Assembly (NCBI GenBank): GCA_964387675.1
Contig: CAYLWL010000003.1
Location: 6,436-70,435, forward strand
Length of the DNA: 64,000 nt
Reading direction: 5' to 3'
DNA from: an uncultured Candidatus Saccharibacteria bacterium
GTDB taxonomy: Bacteria; Patescibacteriota; Minisyncoccia; UBA6257; 2-01-FULL-56-20
This document shows positions 26,534-36,016 of the stretch, piece after piece. Under the pieces are notes generated by a model. It did no database searches. It worked only from the letters and a program-made list of their open reading frames with translations, and was not told where the DNA came from. Within the stretch, counting starts at the first letter, position 1; each line of letters starts with the position of its first letter. Position numbers and translations under genes: made by a program.

Positions 26534-26719
26534 ATGCCTAAAACATCCTGGATAGCAAGAAGTAAAAAACAGCCGAAACATAAAACACGCGACGTGAATC
26601 GGTGTTTTCGATGCGGCAGAAAACGCGGCTATATGCGGGATTTTAATCTTTGCAGGATTTGTTTTCGGGAAATGGCGAGCCATCAAGAGATACCCGGAGT
26701 AAAAAAAGCAAGCTGGTAA
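26534..26719 (+). CDS. rpsN: 30S ribosomal protein S14 (type Z, zinc-binding)
   Basis: 61 aa. [23 protein letters not shown]. Confidence 0.9.
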   Translation: MPKTSWIARSKKQPKHKTRDVNRCFRCGRKRGYMRDFNLCRICFREMASHQEIPGVKKASW

Positions 26720-26723
26720 ATTC

Positions 26724-27101
26724 ATGTATTACGATTTATTGCCAAAACTGAAGAATGCCGAAGCCGCGGGGAAAGAAACGGTTTTGGCGCCTTTTTCCAA
26801 GATGGATCTGAGCGTCTGCAAAATTCTTGCCGACGCCGGTTATATCAAAGACGCCAAAGAAAAAACACTGGGCCGCAAGAGATTTATCGAAATCCGGATG
26901 TTCGGCAGAAGAAAGCGCCTCATCAACGGCGTGAAGATTATGAGCAAGCCAAGCAGGCATTTGTATTTTTCGTATACCGACCTCCGCCCGGTGAAAAGCG
27001 GCCACGGGATCGGCGTCATATCGACTTCCAAAGGGATGATGACGCAAAAAGAAGCCAGAAAAAAGAAGGTCGGCGGGGAATATTTGTTCCAAATATGGTG
27101 A
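26724..27101 (+). CDS. rpsH: 30S ribosomal protein S8
   Basis: YYDLLPKLKNA...ILADAGYIKD...GIGVISTSKGMMT. Confidence 0.9.
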   Translation: MYYDLLPKLKNAEAAGKETVLAPFSKMDLSVCKILADAGYIKDAKEKTLGRKRFIEIRMFGRRKRLINGVKIMSKPSRHLYFSYTDLRPVKSGHGIGVISTSKGMMTQKEARKKKVGGEYLFQIW

Positions 27102-27196
27102 ATAGCTAGAAATCAGATATGAGATATGAGACATGAGAAATGAGGGACGAAATAAAAACCTAATTTCTCATTTCTAATTACTCATCTCTAACTACC
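27102..27196. repeat. Family E element, copy 6
   Basis: GATATGAGATATGAGACATGAGAAATGAGGGACG...CCTAATTTCTCATTTCTAATTACTCATCTCTAAC. Confidence 0.75.
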
Positions 27197-27745
27197 ATGA
27201 GCCGTTTAATCAAAAAACCAGTTCAAATATTGCCCGGCGTCCAGGTAAAAATAGACGGCGACTTTTTGGTTTTTAACGGCCCGAAAGGCGAGAACCGGCT
27301 CAGGATACCGGCATCGGTTGAGTTAAAAATTGACGCGGAGAACATTTGGCTCACGGCGAAAACGGAAAGCGAGCTCAATAAGGCCGTGTACGGAACAACG
27401 TGGTCGCTCATCAGGAATTCCGTGAATGGCGCCGCGAACGGCTTTATGAAGGTTTTAGAGATTGAGGGGGTTGGCTACCGCGCGGCTCTTGAGGGCAAGG
27501 AATTGGTTCTCTCGCTGGGTTATGTGAATCCGGTGCGCGTCAAGGTGCCGGACGGCATCGCAATCGAGGTTGAGAAAAACGTCATAAAAGTTTCCGGACA
27601 CGATAAAGATTTAGTCGGCAGAACCGCCTCGACTATCCGGGCCCTCAAAAAACCGGAGCCGTACAAGGGAAAGGGAATCCGATATCGGGGAGAAATTATC
27701 CGGAGGAAGGTCGGCAAGAAAGCGGGAGCGACGGCCGCCACATAA
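27197..27745 (+). CDS. rplF: 50S ribosomal protein L6
   Basis: MSRLIKKPVQILPGVQVKIDGDFLVFNGPKGE. Confidence 0.9.
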   Translation: MSRLIKKPVQILPGVQVKIDGDFLVFNGPKGENRLRIPASVELKIDAENIWLTAKTESELNKAVYGTTWSLIRNSVNGAANGFMKVLEIEGVGYRAALEGKELVLSLGYVNPVRVKVPDGIAIEVEKNVIKVSGHDKDLVGRTASTIRALKKPEPYKGKGIRYRGEIIRRKVGKKAGATAAT

Positions 27746-27835
27746 GAAATAAGACATGAGAAATGAGAGATGAGGAACGGAACACGTAAAAACCTAATTT
27801 CTCATTTCTAATTACTCATCTCTATTATATATACC
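27746..27835. repeat. Family E element, copy 7
   Basis: GACATGAGAAATGAGAGATGAGGAACGG...CCTAATTTCTCATTTCTAATTACTCATCTCTATT. Confidence 0.75.
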
Positions 27836-28189
27836 ATGAACCCCAGAAAACGTCTCAACAAAATACGGACGCGACGAACGGCAAGAACACGGGCCAAGAT
27901 TTTCGGCACGGCGAAAAAGCCGCGTCTTGCCGTGTCGCGCAGTAACCGTTATATTTATGCCCAGTTGATCAACGACGAAGCTGGACGAACCGTGGTTCAT
28001 GGTTCGGGCCAGGAGGTGAAGGGCAAGAAGCCGAAAACGGAAGTTGCCGCCTTGGTGGGAGAGTTGATCGGAAAAAGGGCGGTGGAAAAAGGGGTTACCT
28101 CGGCGGTTTTTGATCGCCGCGCGTATAAGTATCATGGTCGAATTAAGGCGCTGGCCGAAGGAGCGCGAAAGGCCGGACTTAAGTTATAA
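27836..28189 (+). CDS. rplR: 50S ribosomal protein L18
   Basis: [23 protein letters not shown]. Confidence 0.9.
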   Translation: MNPRKRLNKIRTRRTARTRAKIFGTAKKPRLAVSRSNRYIYAQLINDEAGRTVVHGSGQEVKGKKPKTEVAALVGELIGKRAVEKGVTSAVFDRRAYKYHGRIKALAEGARKAGLKL

Positions 28190-28271
28190 GACATCAGAAA
28201 CTAGACATCAGAAATCAGAACGTAGCCAACCCAAACTAATTACTGATAACTGATAACTAATCCCTATTAAT
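28190..28271. repeat. Diverged family E-like element (CATCAGAAAT...CTGATAACTGAT variant)
   Basis: GACATCAGAAACTAGACATCAGAAATCAGAACG...TAATTACTGATAACTGATAACTAAT has the same architecture with CAG/CTG in place of GAG/CTC. Confidence 0.55.
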
Positions 28272-28736
28272 ATGTTTCGACGTCCCGAGAAAAACTTAAA
28301 AAAAGAAGAGTTCAAAGATAAGGTGTTGGATCTGCGGCGGGTTACTCGCGTTGTTGCCGGAGGAAAACGCTTTCGTTTTCGCGCCACCGTGGTGCTTGGC
28401 GATGAGAAAGGCAGGGTGGGCATAGGCGTGGCGAAGGGGCTCGATGTCGCTCAATCCGTGGCGAAAGCGAAAACGGCGGCAAATAAGAATATGATGAGGA
28501 TTCCCCTTAAAGACGAACGGACGATAGCTCACGAGGTGTACGCGAAATACAGCGCCGCCAAGGTGCTCTTGAAGCCCGCCGGTTCCGGCCACGGTCTCCG
28601 GGCCGGAGGAGCGGTGCGTTCCGTGTTGGCCTTGGTCGGCATAAAAGACGCTACCGCGAAATGTCTTGGCAGGACCCCCAACAAACTGACGAATGCCATG
28701 GCAACGCTCGAGGCGTTGAAAAAATTAAAAGCATGA
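28272..28736 (+). CDS. rpsE: 30S ribosomal protein S5
   Basis: RVTRVVAGGKRFRFRATVVLGDEKGRVGIGVAKG. Confidence 0.9.
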   Translation: MFRRPEKNLKKEEFKDKVLDLRRVTRVVAGGKRFRFRATVVLGDEKGRVGIGVAKGLDVAQSVAKAKTAANKNMMRIPLKDERTIAHEVYAKYSAAKVLLKPAGSGHGLRAGGAVRSVLALVGIKDATAKCLGRTPNKLTNAMATLEALKKLKA

Positions 28737-28822
28737 AAAGGAATTAGACGAGAGACATTAGACATTAGGAACGACTTACATAAAACCTAATTTCTCATTT
28801 CTAATTACTCATCTCTATTACC
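28737..28822. repeat. Family E element, copy 8 (occupies the position where rpmD/L30 is normally found)
   Basis: AGACATTAGACATTAGGAACGACTTACATAAAACCTAATTTCTCATTTCTAATTACTCATCTCTATT. Confidence 0.7.
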
Positions 28823-29260
28823 ATGCAGCTGCACGAGCTCAAAAAATTCAGAAATAAAAACAAAAAACGCATCGGCCGCGGCGGCAAGCGCGGCAGTTAT
28901 TCGGGGCGCGGCGTGAAGGGTCAGAAATCGAGAGCGGGGAGGAGGATTCGCCCGGCAGAAAGAGATTTGATTATACGCCTGCCGAAGCGGCGCGGTTTTC
29001 GAAACAAACCCAAGAGTCCCAAGCCGATGGTTTTCAACCTGAAAGATTTGTCGAAGTATATCAAGACCCATTCCGAGAAAGGGAAAAGTTTGGTTATCGA
29101 TAAAACGTTCTTGCGGGAAGTCGGTCTTGTGCCGACCCATTATCGCGGTGAAGTGAAAATCTTGGGAATGGGAGAGGTGTATGCCCCCGTGAAAGTTCAA
29201 GGATTAAAATTGTCGAAGAGTGCTAAGATGAAGGTTGAGAAAGTAAGATATGAGAAATGA
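28823..29260 (+). CDS. rplO: 50S ribosomal protein L15
   Basis: KRIGRGGKRGSYSGRGVKGQKSRAG. Confidence 0.9.
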   Translation: MQLHELKKFRNKNKKRIGRGGKRGSYSGRGVKGQKSRAGRRIRPAERDLIIRLPKRRGFRNKPKSPKPMVFNLKDLSKYIKTHSEKGKSLVIDKTFLREVGLVPTHYRGEVKILGMGEVYAPVKVQGLKLSKSAKMKVEKVRYEK

Positions 29261-29323
29261 GATATGAGGGACGGAACGTATAAAAACCTAATTTCTCATC
29301 TCTAATTACTCATCTCTATTGCC
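29261..29323. repeat. Family E element, copy 9
   Basis: GATATGAGAAATGAGATATGAGGGACGG...CCTAATTTCTCATCTCTAATTACTCATCTCTATT. Confidence 0.75.
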
Positions 29324-30595
29324 ATGAACCGTTTTCTCCAAATATTTAAAATCCCCGACTTGCGCAACAAAATCCTCATCGTGGTCGGTCTTTTGGCCGC
29401 GTACCGGCTTCTTGCGGTCATTCCCATTCCGGGAGTCGACGCAATCCGGCTTGAGAATTATTTCAACTCCAACCAGTTTTTGGGATTTTTGAACTTTTTC
29501 TCCGGCGGCGGTTTGTCCAATCTGTCGGTCGTGATGCTCGGCGTGGGCCCCTATATTACCGCCACCATCATCATGCAGCTTCTCACCATCATTTTCCCGA
29601 AGCTGAAGCAGATATATTACGAAGAGGGCGCCCGAGGCCAGGCCAAGTTCAACCAGTACTCGCGGCTTATCACCGTGCCGCTTGCGGTTCTTCAGGCGTA
29701 CGGTTTTCTCTCTCTTCTTATCTCGCAAAACGTGATTGATCGGCCGGACTTTTTCAGTTTAGTGAGAAACGTCTTGGTGATCACGGCCGGTTCCATGATC
29801 GCGCTCTGGCTCGGCGAACTCATCAGCGAACAAAAAGTGGGGAATGGGATATCGCTCATCATTTTGGCCGGTATCGTGGCGGGGCTTCCAAATGACGTTG
29901 GGCTTGCGCTCGCGACCTACACCCCAAATCTCTTGCCGACCTACGCGGGATTTATTATTGTGGCCGTTTTGCTTGTTGCCGGTGTTGTGTATCTCAACGA
30001 AGGCGAACGTAAAATCCCGATTGCCTACGCAAGGCGCGTGCGCGGAATGAAAATGTACGGCGGCGCCCAGAGTTATCTGCCGCTCAAGGTGAACCAGGCA
30101 GGCATGATCCCTCTCATATTCGCGATCTCCGTCTTGCTTTTCCCGCAATTTATCGCTCAAGCGGCTTCTATTCTCTCTCCGGATTTGGCGGTCCGCATCA
30201 ATACTTTCGTCACCAACTTTTTGAACAACCAGCTGTTCTACGGATTGTTCTACTTCCTCTTGGTTTTCGTCTTTACGTACTTCTATACGGCCATCACTTT
30301 CAATCCGGAGGAGGTCGCGAAAAATCTTCAGCGTGGCGGGGGATTCGTGCCCGGCATCCGGCCCGGCGAGGCGACTGCCACGTTTTTCTCAACCGTCATC
30401 AACCGGCTCACGTTCTTTGGGGCGGCGTTTCTCGGCCTCATCGCGATATTGCCGCTTATCATTCAGCGGCTGACCGGCGTTCAGGTTTTGAATATCTCGG
30501 GCACCGCTCTTTTGATCGTGGTGGCGGTCGCCTTGGAAACGATGCGCCAGATCAATTCCCAGCTCACGGTTCGCGAATACGAGGGGCTCGAATAG
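29324..30595 (+). CDS. secY: Preprotein translocase subunit SecY
   Basis: 423 aa with 10 TM segments and conserved SecY motifs (GVGPYITATIIMQLL, PLKVNQAGMIPLIFA). Confidence 0.95.
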   Translation: MNRFLQIFKIPDLRNKILIVVGLLAAYRLLAVIPIPGVDAIRLENYFNSNQFLGFLNFFSGGGLSNLSVVMLGVGPYITATIIMQLLTIIFPKLKQIYYEEGARGQAKFNQYSRLITVPLAVLQAYGFLSLLISQNVIDRPDFFSLVRNVLVITAGSMIALWLGELISEQKVGNGISLIILAGIVAGLPNDVGLALATYTPNLLPTYAGFIIVAVLLVAGVVYLNEGERKIPIAYARRVRGMKMYGGAQSYLPLKVNQAGMIPLIFAISVLLFPQFIAQAASILSPDLAVRINTFVTNFLNNQLFYGLFYFLLVFVFTYFYTAITFNPEEVAKNLQRGGGFVPGIRPGEATATFFSTVINRLTFFGAAFLGLIAILPLIIQRLTGVQVLNISGTALLIVVAVALETMRQINSQLTVREYEGLE

Positions 30596-30906
30596 TTTTT
30601 TGAAGAACCTGCTCCGGCGGCGAAAATGATATTCGCTCGGCTTAATTTTTTAAGCAAACGAAGCGGTTCCCGTCGCGTTTTTCGCTCCGACCATTTCGTT
30701 TGCAGATAAAAAATTCGCGCCTCGTTCGTTCATTTTTATGCCGCCTCCACTTACGGTTCCTCAAAAAGCTATTCTTCGCCTTGGTGAAAACCGTTTCTGT
30801 TTCCGATAACCCCACCGCAAAAGAGTTATTCCTGCGCTCGAAAAGAAAACATCATACCAAGAACTTGCGCTACGAGCGGTAGTTTTATAAAATACGAGAA
30901 GCCATT

Positions 30907-31449
30907 TTGTTACAAAGCGGGGAGGCCGGCGTGAGAGAACTGAAAGCCGTGATAATCCTTGCCGTGCTTGTGCTGGGATCGGTGATTGTCTACCGGCCCG
31001 TCGCGGATTTCGCAAGATCGTTTCCGTATAAGTTCGAAGCACGCGGCTACGTTGTTGTAGACGCAAGCCGGGAAATTCAAAAGCGATTCGACTCGGCAGT
31101 TCCTCAAGGGTCTTATGGAAATGCGAATGGCCCGGTGATTTTCTATTCATCTTTCTACGACGAGTCAACCCGCACTTATTTCTACAGAATCAGAAATAAT
31201 TCCAACAAGGAATTTTACGCCAGGTCCAGGATCTTTTTGATACTTCTGGGAGAGGCGAGCGTCGCGATTTCTTCGAAGAACGACCTTTATGCGGGGGTTC
31301 AGGACTTGCGTCCGCCCGTTGAGAGGGAGGAAACTTTGTATCTCGCCGACGATAGATACTCGCTAAACCTTAGCCGCGGCATTGGAATGAAGCTTGTGAT
31401 GCCGGAAGAAAAACCGCAGCATCATTTGGTGTGGAGGCCGCGTTATTAA
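30907..31449 (+). CDS. Hypothetical membrane-anchored protein
   Basis: N-terminal TM (AVIILAVLVLGSVIVY). No recognisable family. It sits where adk normally follows secY directly. Confidence 0.35.
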   Translation: MLQSGEAGVRELKAVIILAVLVLGSVIVYRPVADFARSFPYKFEARGYVVVDASREIQKRFDSAVPQGSYGNANGPVIFYSSFYDESTRTYFYRIRNNSNKEFYARSRIFLILLGEASVAISSKNDLYAGVQDLRPPVEREETLYLADDRYSLNLSRGIGMKLVMPEEKPQHHLVWRPRY

Positions 31450-31520
31450 CCTTGTTTACCTCGGCCTCTGGCCGAGGAATCTTTTTGGCTTAATTTTTTG
31501 ATTCTGCTACAATTGTAGAA

Positions 31521-32192
31521 ATGCGTAAAATCGCTATAGTCTTATACGGCCCGCCGGGATCGGGCAAGGGAACGCAGGCGAATCTTCTGGCAGACAAGCT
31601 TGGGATCACCCACTTTGACACGGGCAAATTTCTTGAGGCGGTCGTTCATGACCCGAAACGGCAGAGAGAAAAAGTTATAAAGCGTGAACGGAAAAATTTC
31701 GATACGGGGATTCTTGTGACCCCCAGTTTTACTTTAAGAGAAGTCGCGCGAGAGACAATAAGAATCGGTAAGTGCGGTTTGGGGATCATCTTTAGCGGCT
31801 CGCCCCGAACGGTCTACGAAGCGAGCGGTTTGTACCCTCTTTTTGAAAAATTATACGGTAAGAAGAACATTTATGTCTTTGAACTAAAGTTATCTCCCGA
31901 AGGTTCCATCGAGAGAAATTCCAGCCGACTGGTGTGCTCCGTTTGCGGCTACACGTTGCTTACTGCCTACTATCCATCGAAGAAGCCGCGGTATTGTCCG
32001 GTTTGCGCGGGGTCTTTTTATCGCCGGACTCTTGACAAGCCGGAAGTGATCAAGGTGCGACTGAAACAATATCGGGATCGCACCGAGCCGATCTTCGATC
32101 TCATCAAAAAGCATGGATACAAAGTCCATCAAATAGACGCTCGACCCGCTCCGCACAAAGTTCTGAAAAAATTACTCGGTTATTTTGGGTAA
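31521..32192 (+). CDS. adk: Adenylate kinase (long variant, Zn-binding lid)
   Basis: P-loop GPPGSGKGTQA. Lid CxxC...CxxC (CSVCGY...CPVCAG). It has an insertion relative to canonical Adk. Confidence 0.85.
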   Translation: MRKIAIVLYGPPGSGKGTQANLLADKLGITHFDTGKFLEAVVHDPKRQREKVIKRERKNFDTGILVTPSFTLREVARETIRIGKCGLGIIFSGSPRTVYEASGLYPLFEKLYGKKNIYVFELKLSPEGSIERNSSRLVCSVCGYTLLTAYYPSKKPRYCPVCAGSFYRRTLDKPEVIKVRLKQYRDRTEPIFDLIKKHGYKVHQIDARPAPHKVLKKLLGYFG

Positions 32193-32953
32193 TGGTAGAG
32201 ATTAAAACCCCGTCGGAAATCGAGCTCATGGCCGAAGGCGGCCGGATGCTCGCCGAGGTGCTCAAAGAACTGAAGCGCGCGACCCGCGCCGGCGTTTCCA
32301 CCAAGTTTTTAGACGAGTTTGCCCATAAGCTGATACAAGACCGCGGCGCGACGCCGGCCTTTTTGAACTATCTTCCGGCCTGGGGCAAGAAGCCCTACCT
32401 GTGCAGTTTGTGCGCTTCTTTAAACGACACCGTTGTGCACGGACTGCCGTCGGATTATGTGATAAAAGATGGCGACCTCGTAAAGCTGGATCTCGGCTTG
32501 AAGTACAAAGGATTTTATACCGATACGGCGACAACCGTTGCTGTGGGAAACGTTTCCAAAGAGGAAAAACGACTCATCAAAGTTACGGAAGATGCCCTGC
32601 AGAAAGGGATTGCCGAGGCGCGGGCGGGGAAAACGCTTGGCGATATCGGTTCCGCGATCCAAAAGCACGTCGAGAAGAACGGAATGTCGGTGGTGAAGAG
32701 TTTGACCGGCCACGGCATCGGCCGCGCTCTCCACGAAGAGCCGTCGGTTCTGAACGTGGGAAACCCCGGACACGGCCTTGAGCTTGAAGTCGGGATGGTT
32801 CTCGCAATCGAGCCGATGGTCGCGCTCGAATCGGGCGAGATCAAACAGCTCAAAGATGACAGTTTTATAACACGAGACGGGTCGCTTGCGGCTCACTTCG
32901 AACACACCGTCGCCATCACCGAAAAAGGGCCGAGGATATTGACCCTTCGATAA
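32192..32953 (+). CDS. map: Methionine aminopeptidase type I
   Basis: Pita-bread fold motifs (HGLPSDYVIKDGDLVKLDLG, TGHGIGRALHEEP, EPMV). Confidence 0.9.
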   Translation: MVEIKTPSEIELMAEGGRMLAEVLKELKRATRAGVSTKFLDEFAHKLIQDRGATPAFLNYLPAWGKKPYLCSLCASLNDTVVHGLPSDYVIKDGDLVKLDLGLKYKGFYTDTATTVAVGNVSKEEKRLIKVTEDALQKGIAEARAGKTLGDIGSAIQKHVEKNGMSVVKSLTGHGIGRALHEEPSVLNVGNPGHGLELEVGMVLAIEPMVALESGEIKQLKDDSFITRDGSLAAHFEHTVAITEKGPRILTLR

Positions 32954-33098
32954 ACTCAGGGTCAATCCTGAGCAAGGTCGAATGGATTGAGTTTTGAACA
33001 TCTATTTGCTACAATTTACATCAAGTATCAGGTGGCAGGTATCAAGAAGCAACGGAGGTGAGTTCTTGACGCTTGACACATGACACTTGACACATTGT

Positions 33099-33557
33099 AT
33101 GGCCAAATACTATCTCACCAAAGAGCGTCTCGAGGAGCTCAAAGAAGAGTTGGACGATCTGAAGAACAAGAAGCGCGTGGAGATCGCTGAACGGCTGAAG
33201 CACGCCAAGGAGTACGGCGACCTTTCGGAAAACTCCGAGTACGCGCAAGCGAGAGAAGATCAATCCGTCGTGGAGACGAGGATTTTCGAGCTCGAGGAGA
33301 TGCTCAAGAAAGCGGTCATTATTAAAAAGTCCGCGGGCGGGGACAAAGTCGAGGTGGGTTCGACGATAACCGCAAAAAAAGGCGATCATGTGGTGAGTTA
33401 CACCATCGTGGGAGCGTACGAAGCGAAACCGGAGGAAGGAAGGATTTCGGACCAGTCGCCCTTGGGCCGCGCGTTCTTGGGGCACCGCGTCGGGGACAAA
33501 GTGAGCGTTCAGACTCCGTCGGCGCTGGTTGAGTATCAGATTACGAAGATTGAGTAA
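33099..33557 (+). CDS. greA: Transcription elongation factor GreA
   Basis: MAKYYLTKERLEELKEEL...EYGDLSENSEYAQAREDQ... Confidence 0.85.
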   Translation: MAKYYLTKERLEELKEELDDLKNKKRVEIAERLKHAKEYGDLSENSEYAQAREDQSVVETRIFELEEMLKKAVIIKKSAGGDKVEVGSTITAKKGDHVVSYTIVGAYEAKPEEGRISDQSPLGRAFLGHRVGDKVSVQTPSALVEYQITKIE

Positions 33558-33664
33558 GCGAAATACCAATATACTAATTCGTGCGAATGATACTAATCAT
33601 ACTAATAACAGATTCGTATTATTTGTATCATTAGTATGCATTCGTATATTGGTATCACATTTTT
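33558..33664. repeat. Family G element, copy 4
   Basis: Near-identical to 19565-19666, with a small internal duplication. Ends at the lysS start. Confidence 0.75.
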
Positions 33665-35110
33665 ATGCTTGACGACCTCATTAACGAACGGTTAAAAAAA
33701 CTCGACGAGATCAAGAAGGCCGGCCTTGATCCGTATCCTGCGAGCGCCGCGAGAACCTTGGAAATTGCGGAGGCGCGCAAGAAGTTTGACGAGTTGAGCG
33801 CGAGCAAAAAGAGCGTGGTGTTGGCGGGGCGCCTTATGAGTATGCGGGATCAGGGCAATATTTCTTTTTTGGATCTGGCCGACGAGAGCGGGAAAATCCA
33901 GATCGTTTTCAAAAAGGATATTCTGTCGAAGTTCGATTTCTGGAAAGATGTTTTGGATATAGGCGATTTCGTTGAGGCCGGCGGCGTTCTTTTTAAGACG
34001 CAGAAAGGCGAGGAAAGTTTGGAGGTCCACGATTTTCGCATGCTCACTAAATCGCTTCGTCCGATACCGAGCGAGTGGTACGGCGTGCAGGATATAGAGA
34101 CACGCCTTCGCAAGCGGTATTTGGATTTGATCGCCAACAAGGAAACGCGGGAGTTATTCAGAAAAAAAGCCGTTTTCTGGCAGACCATTCGGAATTTTAT
34201 GATCAGGCAGGGATTTTTGGAGGTGTGGACGCCGGTTCTCGAAAACATTCCCGGCGGCGCGGACGCCGAGCCGTTTGTTACTCACCACAATGCTCTAGAC
34301 AGGGATTTTTACCTGCGCATTTCGCTCGAATTGCCGCTCAAGCGACTGCTTGTCGGCGGCTACGACAAGGTCTTCGAAATCGGCCGGCTTTTCAGAAACG
34401 AGGGTATCGACCGCGAGCATTTGCAGGAATATGACGATATGGAATTTTACTGGGGCTACGCCGATTACAAAGATGGCATGAAGTTTGTGGAAAAGTTGTT
34501 CAAGGCGGTCGTTAAAAACGCCGTCGGTTCGATGGAAACCGAATATGAGGGCGCCAAAATCAACTGGGACGGGAAGTGGCCAAAAGTTGATTATTTCTCG
34601 GCGTTCAAAAAAGAAGCGGGCTTGGATTTGAACAAAGTTAATGAAGATGCGTTAAGAAAAAAAGCTCGGGATTTGGGGGTTGCCGTTGACGTTACGTCGG
34701 GCAAGGGGCGACTCATAGACGCGATTTACAAAAAAACCGTAAGGCCAAAACTAATCCAGCCGTGTTTTTTGGTCGGCCATCCGGTGGAAATATCGCCCTT
34801 GGCGAAAGCGGACTCCAAGAATCCCAAGAAAGTTTTGCGTTTTCAGGTTGTGGCGGGAGGCACGGAATTGGGTAACGGTTTTTCAGAGCTCAATGACCCG
34901 ATTGATCAAAAAGAGCGTTTTCAGGCGCAAATGAAGTTGCGCGAAGCTGGCGACAAGGAGGCGCAGATGCTGGACGAGGATTTTGTGGAAGCGTTGGAGT
35001 ACGGCATGCCACCGGCGGTGGGCTTCGGCGTGAGCGAGCGACTGTTCGCGGTGTTGATGAATAAGCCCGTGAGAGAGACGGTGATTTTTCCTCCGATGCG
35101 TTTGGAGTAA
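33665..35110 (+). CDS. lysS: Lysyl-tRNA synthetase (class II)
   Basis: OB anticodon-binding N-terminus. Class II motifs FRNEG, and motif 3 near ERLFAVLMN. Confidence 0.9.
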   Translation: MLDDLINERLKKLDEIKKAGLDPYPASAARTLEIAEARKKFDELSASKKSVVLAGRLMSMRDQGNISFLDLADESGKIQIVFKKDILSKFDFWKDVLDIGDFVEAGGVLFKTQKGEESLEVHDFRMLTKSLRPIPSEWYGVQDIETRLRKRYLDLIANKETRELFRKKAVFWQTIRNFMIRQGFLEVWTPVLENIPGGADAEPFVTHHNALDRDFYLRISLELPLKRLLVGGYDKVFEIGRLFRNEGIDREHLQEYDDMEFYWGYADYKDGMKFVEKLFKAVVKNAVGSMETEYEGAKINWDGKWPKVDYFSAFKKEAGLDLNKVNEDALRKKARDLGVAVDVTSGKGRLIDAIYKKTVRPKLIQPCFLVGHPVEISPLAKADSKNPKKVLRFQVVAGGTELGNGFSELNDPIDQKERFQAQMKLREAGDKEAQMLDEDFVEALEYGMPPAVGFGVSERLFAVLMNKPVRETVIFPPMRLE

Positions 35111-35111
35111 T

Positions 35112-35572
35112 CGCGAATAACGCGAATAATCGGATGAATAACGCGAATAGTAAAATAGTCCTGCCAGAATTAAGTTACTCCATAATCGGAGCCGCCTTTA
35201 GAGTTTTTAATGAATTGGGGTGGGGATTTTCAGAAAAACATTATCAAGGTGCGCTCGCGAAGGAATTAGAAGATGCGGGTCTGCTATTTCGCCGAGAGGT
35301 TTATATCCCCTTCACTTACAAAAGTTCAACCATAGGTCGTTACTTTGCCGATTTCATTGTTAACGATAAGATTCTCCTAGAACTTAAAGTAGTTCCAAAA
35401 TTTGGATACGTTCATTTACATCAGGCATTGGGTCACTTGCATAGTGCAAAGTTGAAACTAGGAATATTAATCTACTTTACACGCGAAGGAATAAAGTATC
35501 GGAGGGTTGTTAATCCGGATGTATAATAATTCGCGTTATTTAATTAAAGATTCGAGTTATTCGCGATTACTC
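35112..35572. mobile_element. Inverted-repeat-bounded cassette carrying a GxxExxY (PD-(D/E)XK) gene
   Basis: Left arm CGCGAATAACGCGAATAATCGGATGAATAACGCGAAT contains the cargo start codon. The right arm is its reverse complement (ATTCGCGTTATTTAATTAAAGATTCGAGTTATTCGCG) and ends at the ATG of the next gene. Empty copies are at 22642-22728 and 25078-25160. Confidence 0.55.
35134..35526 (+). CDS. GxxExxY family protein (PD-(D/E)XK nuclease fold)
   Basis: 130 aa with a GALAKELEDAG motif. The N-terminal MNNANSK is encoded by the repeat arm. Confidence 0.8.
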   Translation: MNNANSKIVLPELSYSIIGAAFRVFNELGWGFSEKHYQGALAKELEDAGLLFRREVYIPFTYKSSTIGRYFADFIVNDKILLELKVVPKFGYVHLHQALGHLHSAKLKLGILIYFTREGIKYRRVVNPDV

Positions 35573-35573
35573 C

Positions 35574-35993
35574 ATGGCTAAGGTGATGGTTTTCGGTGTT
35601 TTCGATGGCATTCATGAGGGCCATCGAGCGCTTTTTCGAGAAGCAAAAAAATACGGCAAATACTTGGTCGCCGTGGTCGCGCAAGACAGGACGGTCGAAT
35701 ACTTGAAGGGCCATCTCCCGAAATATACTTTGGCGAAAAGAATCGAGGACTTGCAAAAAGAAAAACTGGTTAATGAAGTGGCGCTCGGCGACGCCGAGCC
35801 GGGAAGTTATGAAGTCATACTCAAGCATCGGCCGGACGTTCTCGCGCTCGGTTATGACCAGGAAGATTTCAAAGAAAACCTCGAGGAAAATCTGGAAAGA
35901 TTCGATTGGCGGCCGGAGATCGCGGTCTGTCGCTCCTACGAGCCGGAGAAATATCACAGCCACCTGCTTCATTTTGGCAAGTATAAAAATTAA
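35574..35993 (+). CDS. Cytidylyltransferase-like nucleotidyltransferase (HxGH motif; FAD synthetase N-domain-like)
   Basis: FGVFDGIHEGH, then a YLVAVV Rossmann-like segment. 139 aa. Confidence 0.55.
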   Translation: MAKVMVFGVFDGIHEGHRALFREAKKYGKYLVAVVAQDRTVEYLKGHLPKYTLAKRIEDLQKEKLVNEVALGDAEPGSYEVILKHRPDVLALGYDQEDFKENLEENLERFDWRPEIAVCRSYEPEKYHSHLLHFGKYKN

Positions 35994-36016
35994 AAAATCG
36001 AAACGTAAAGGATAAT

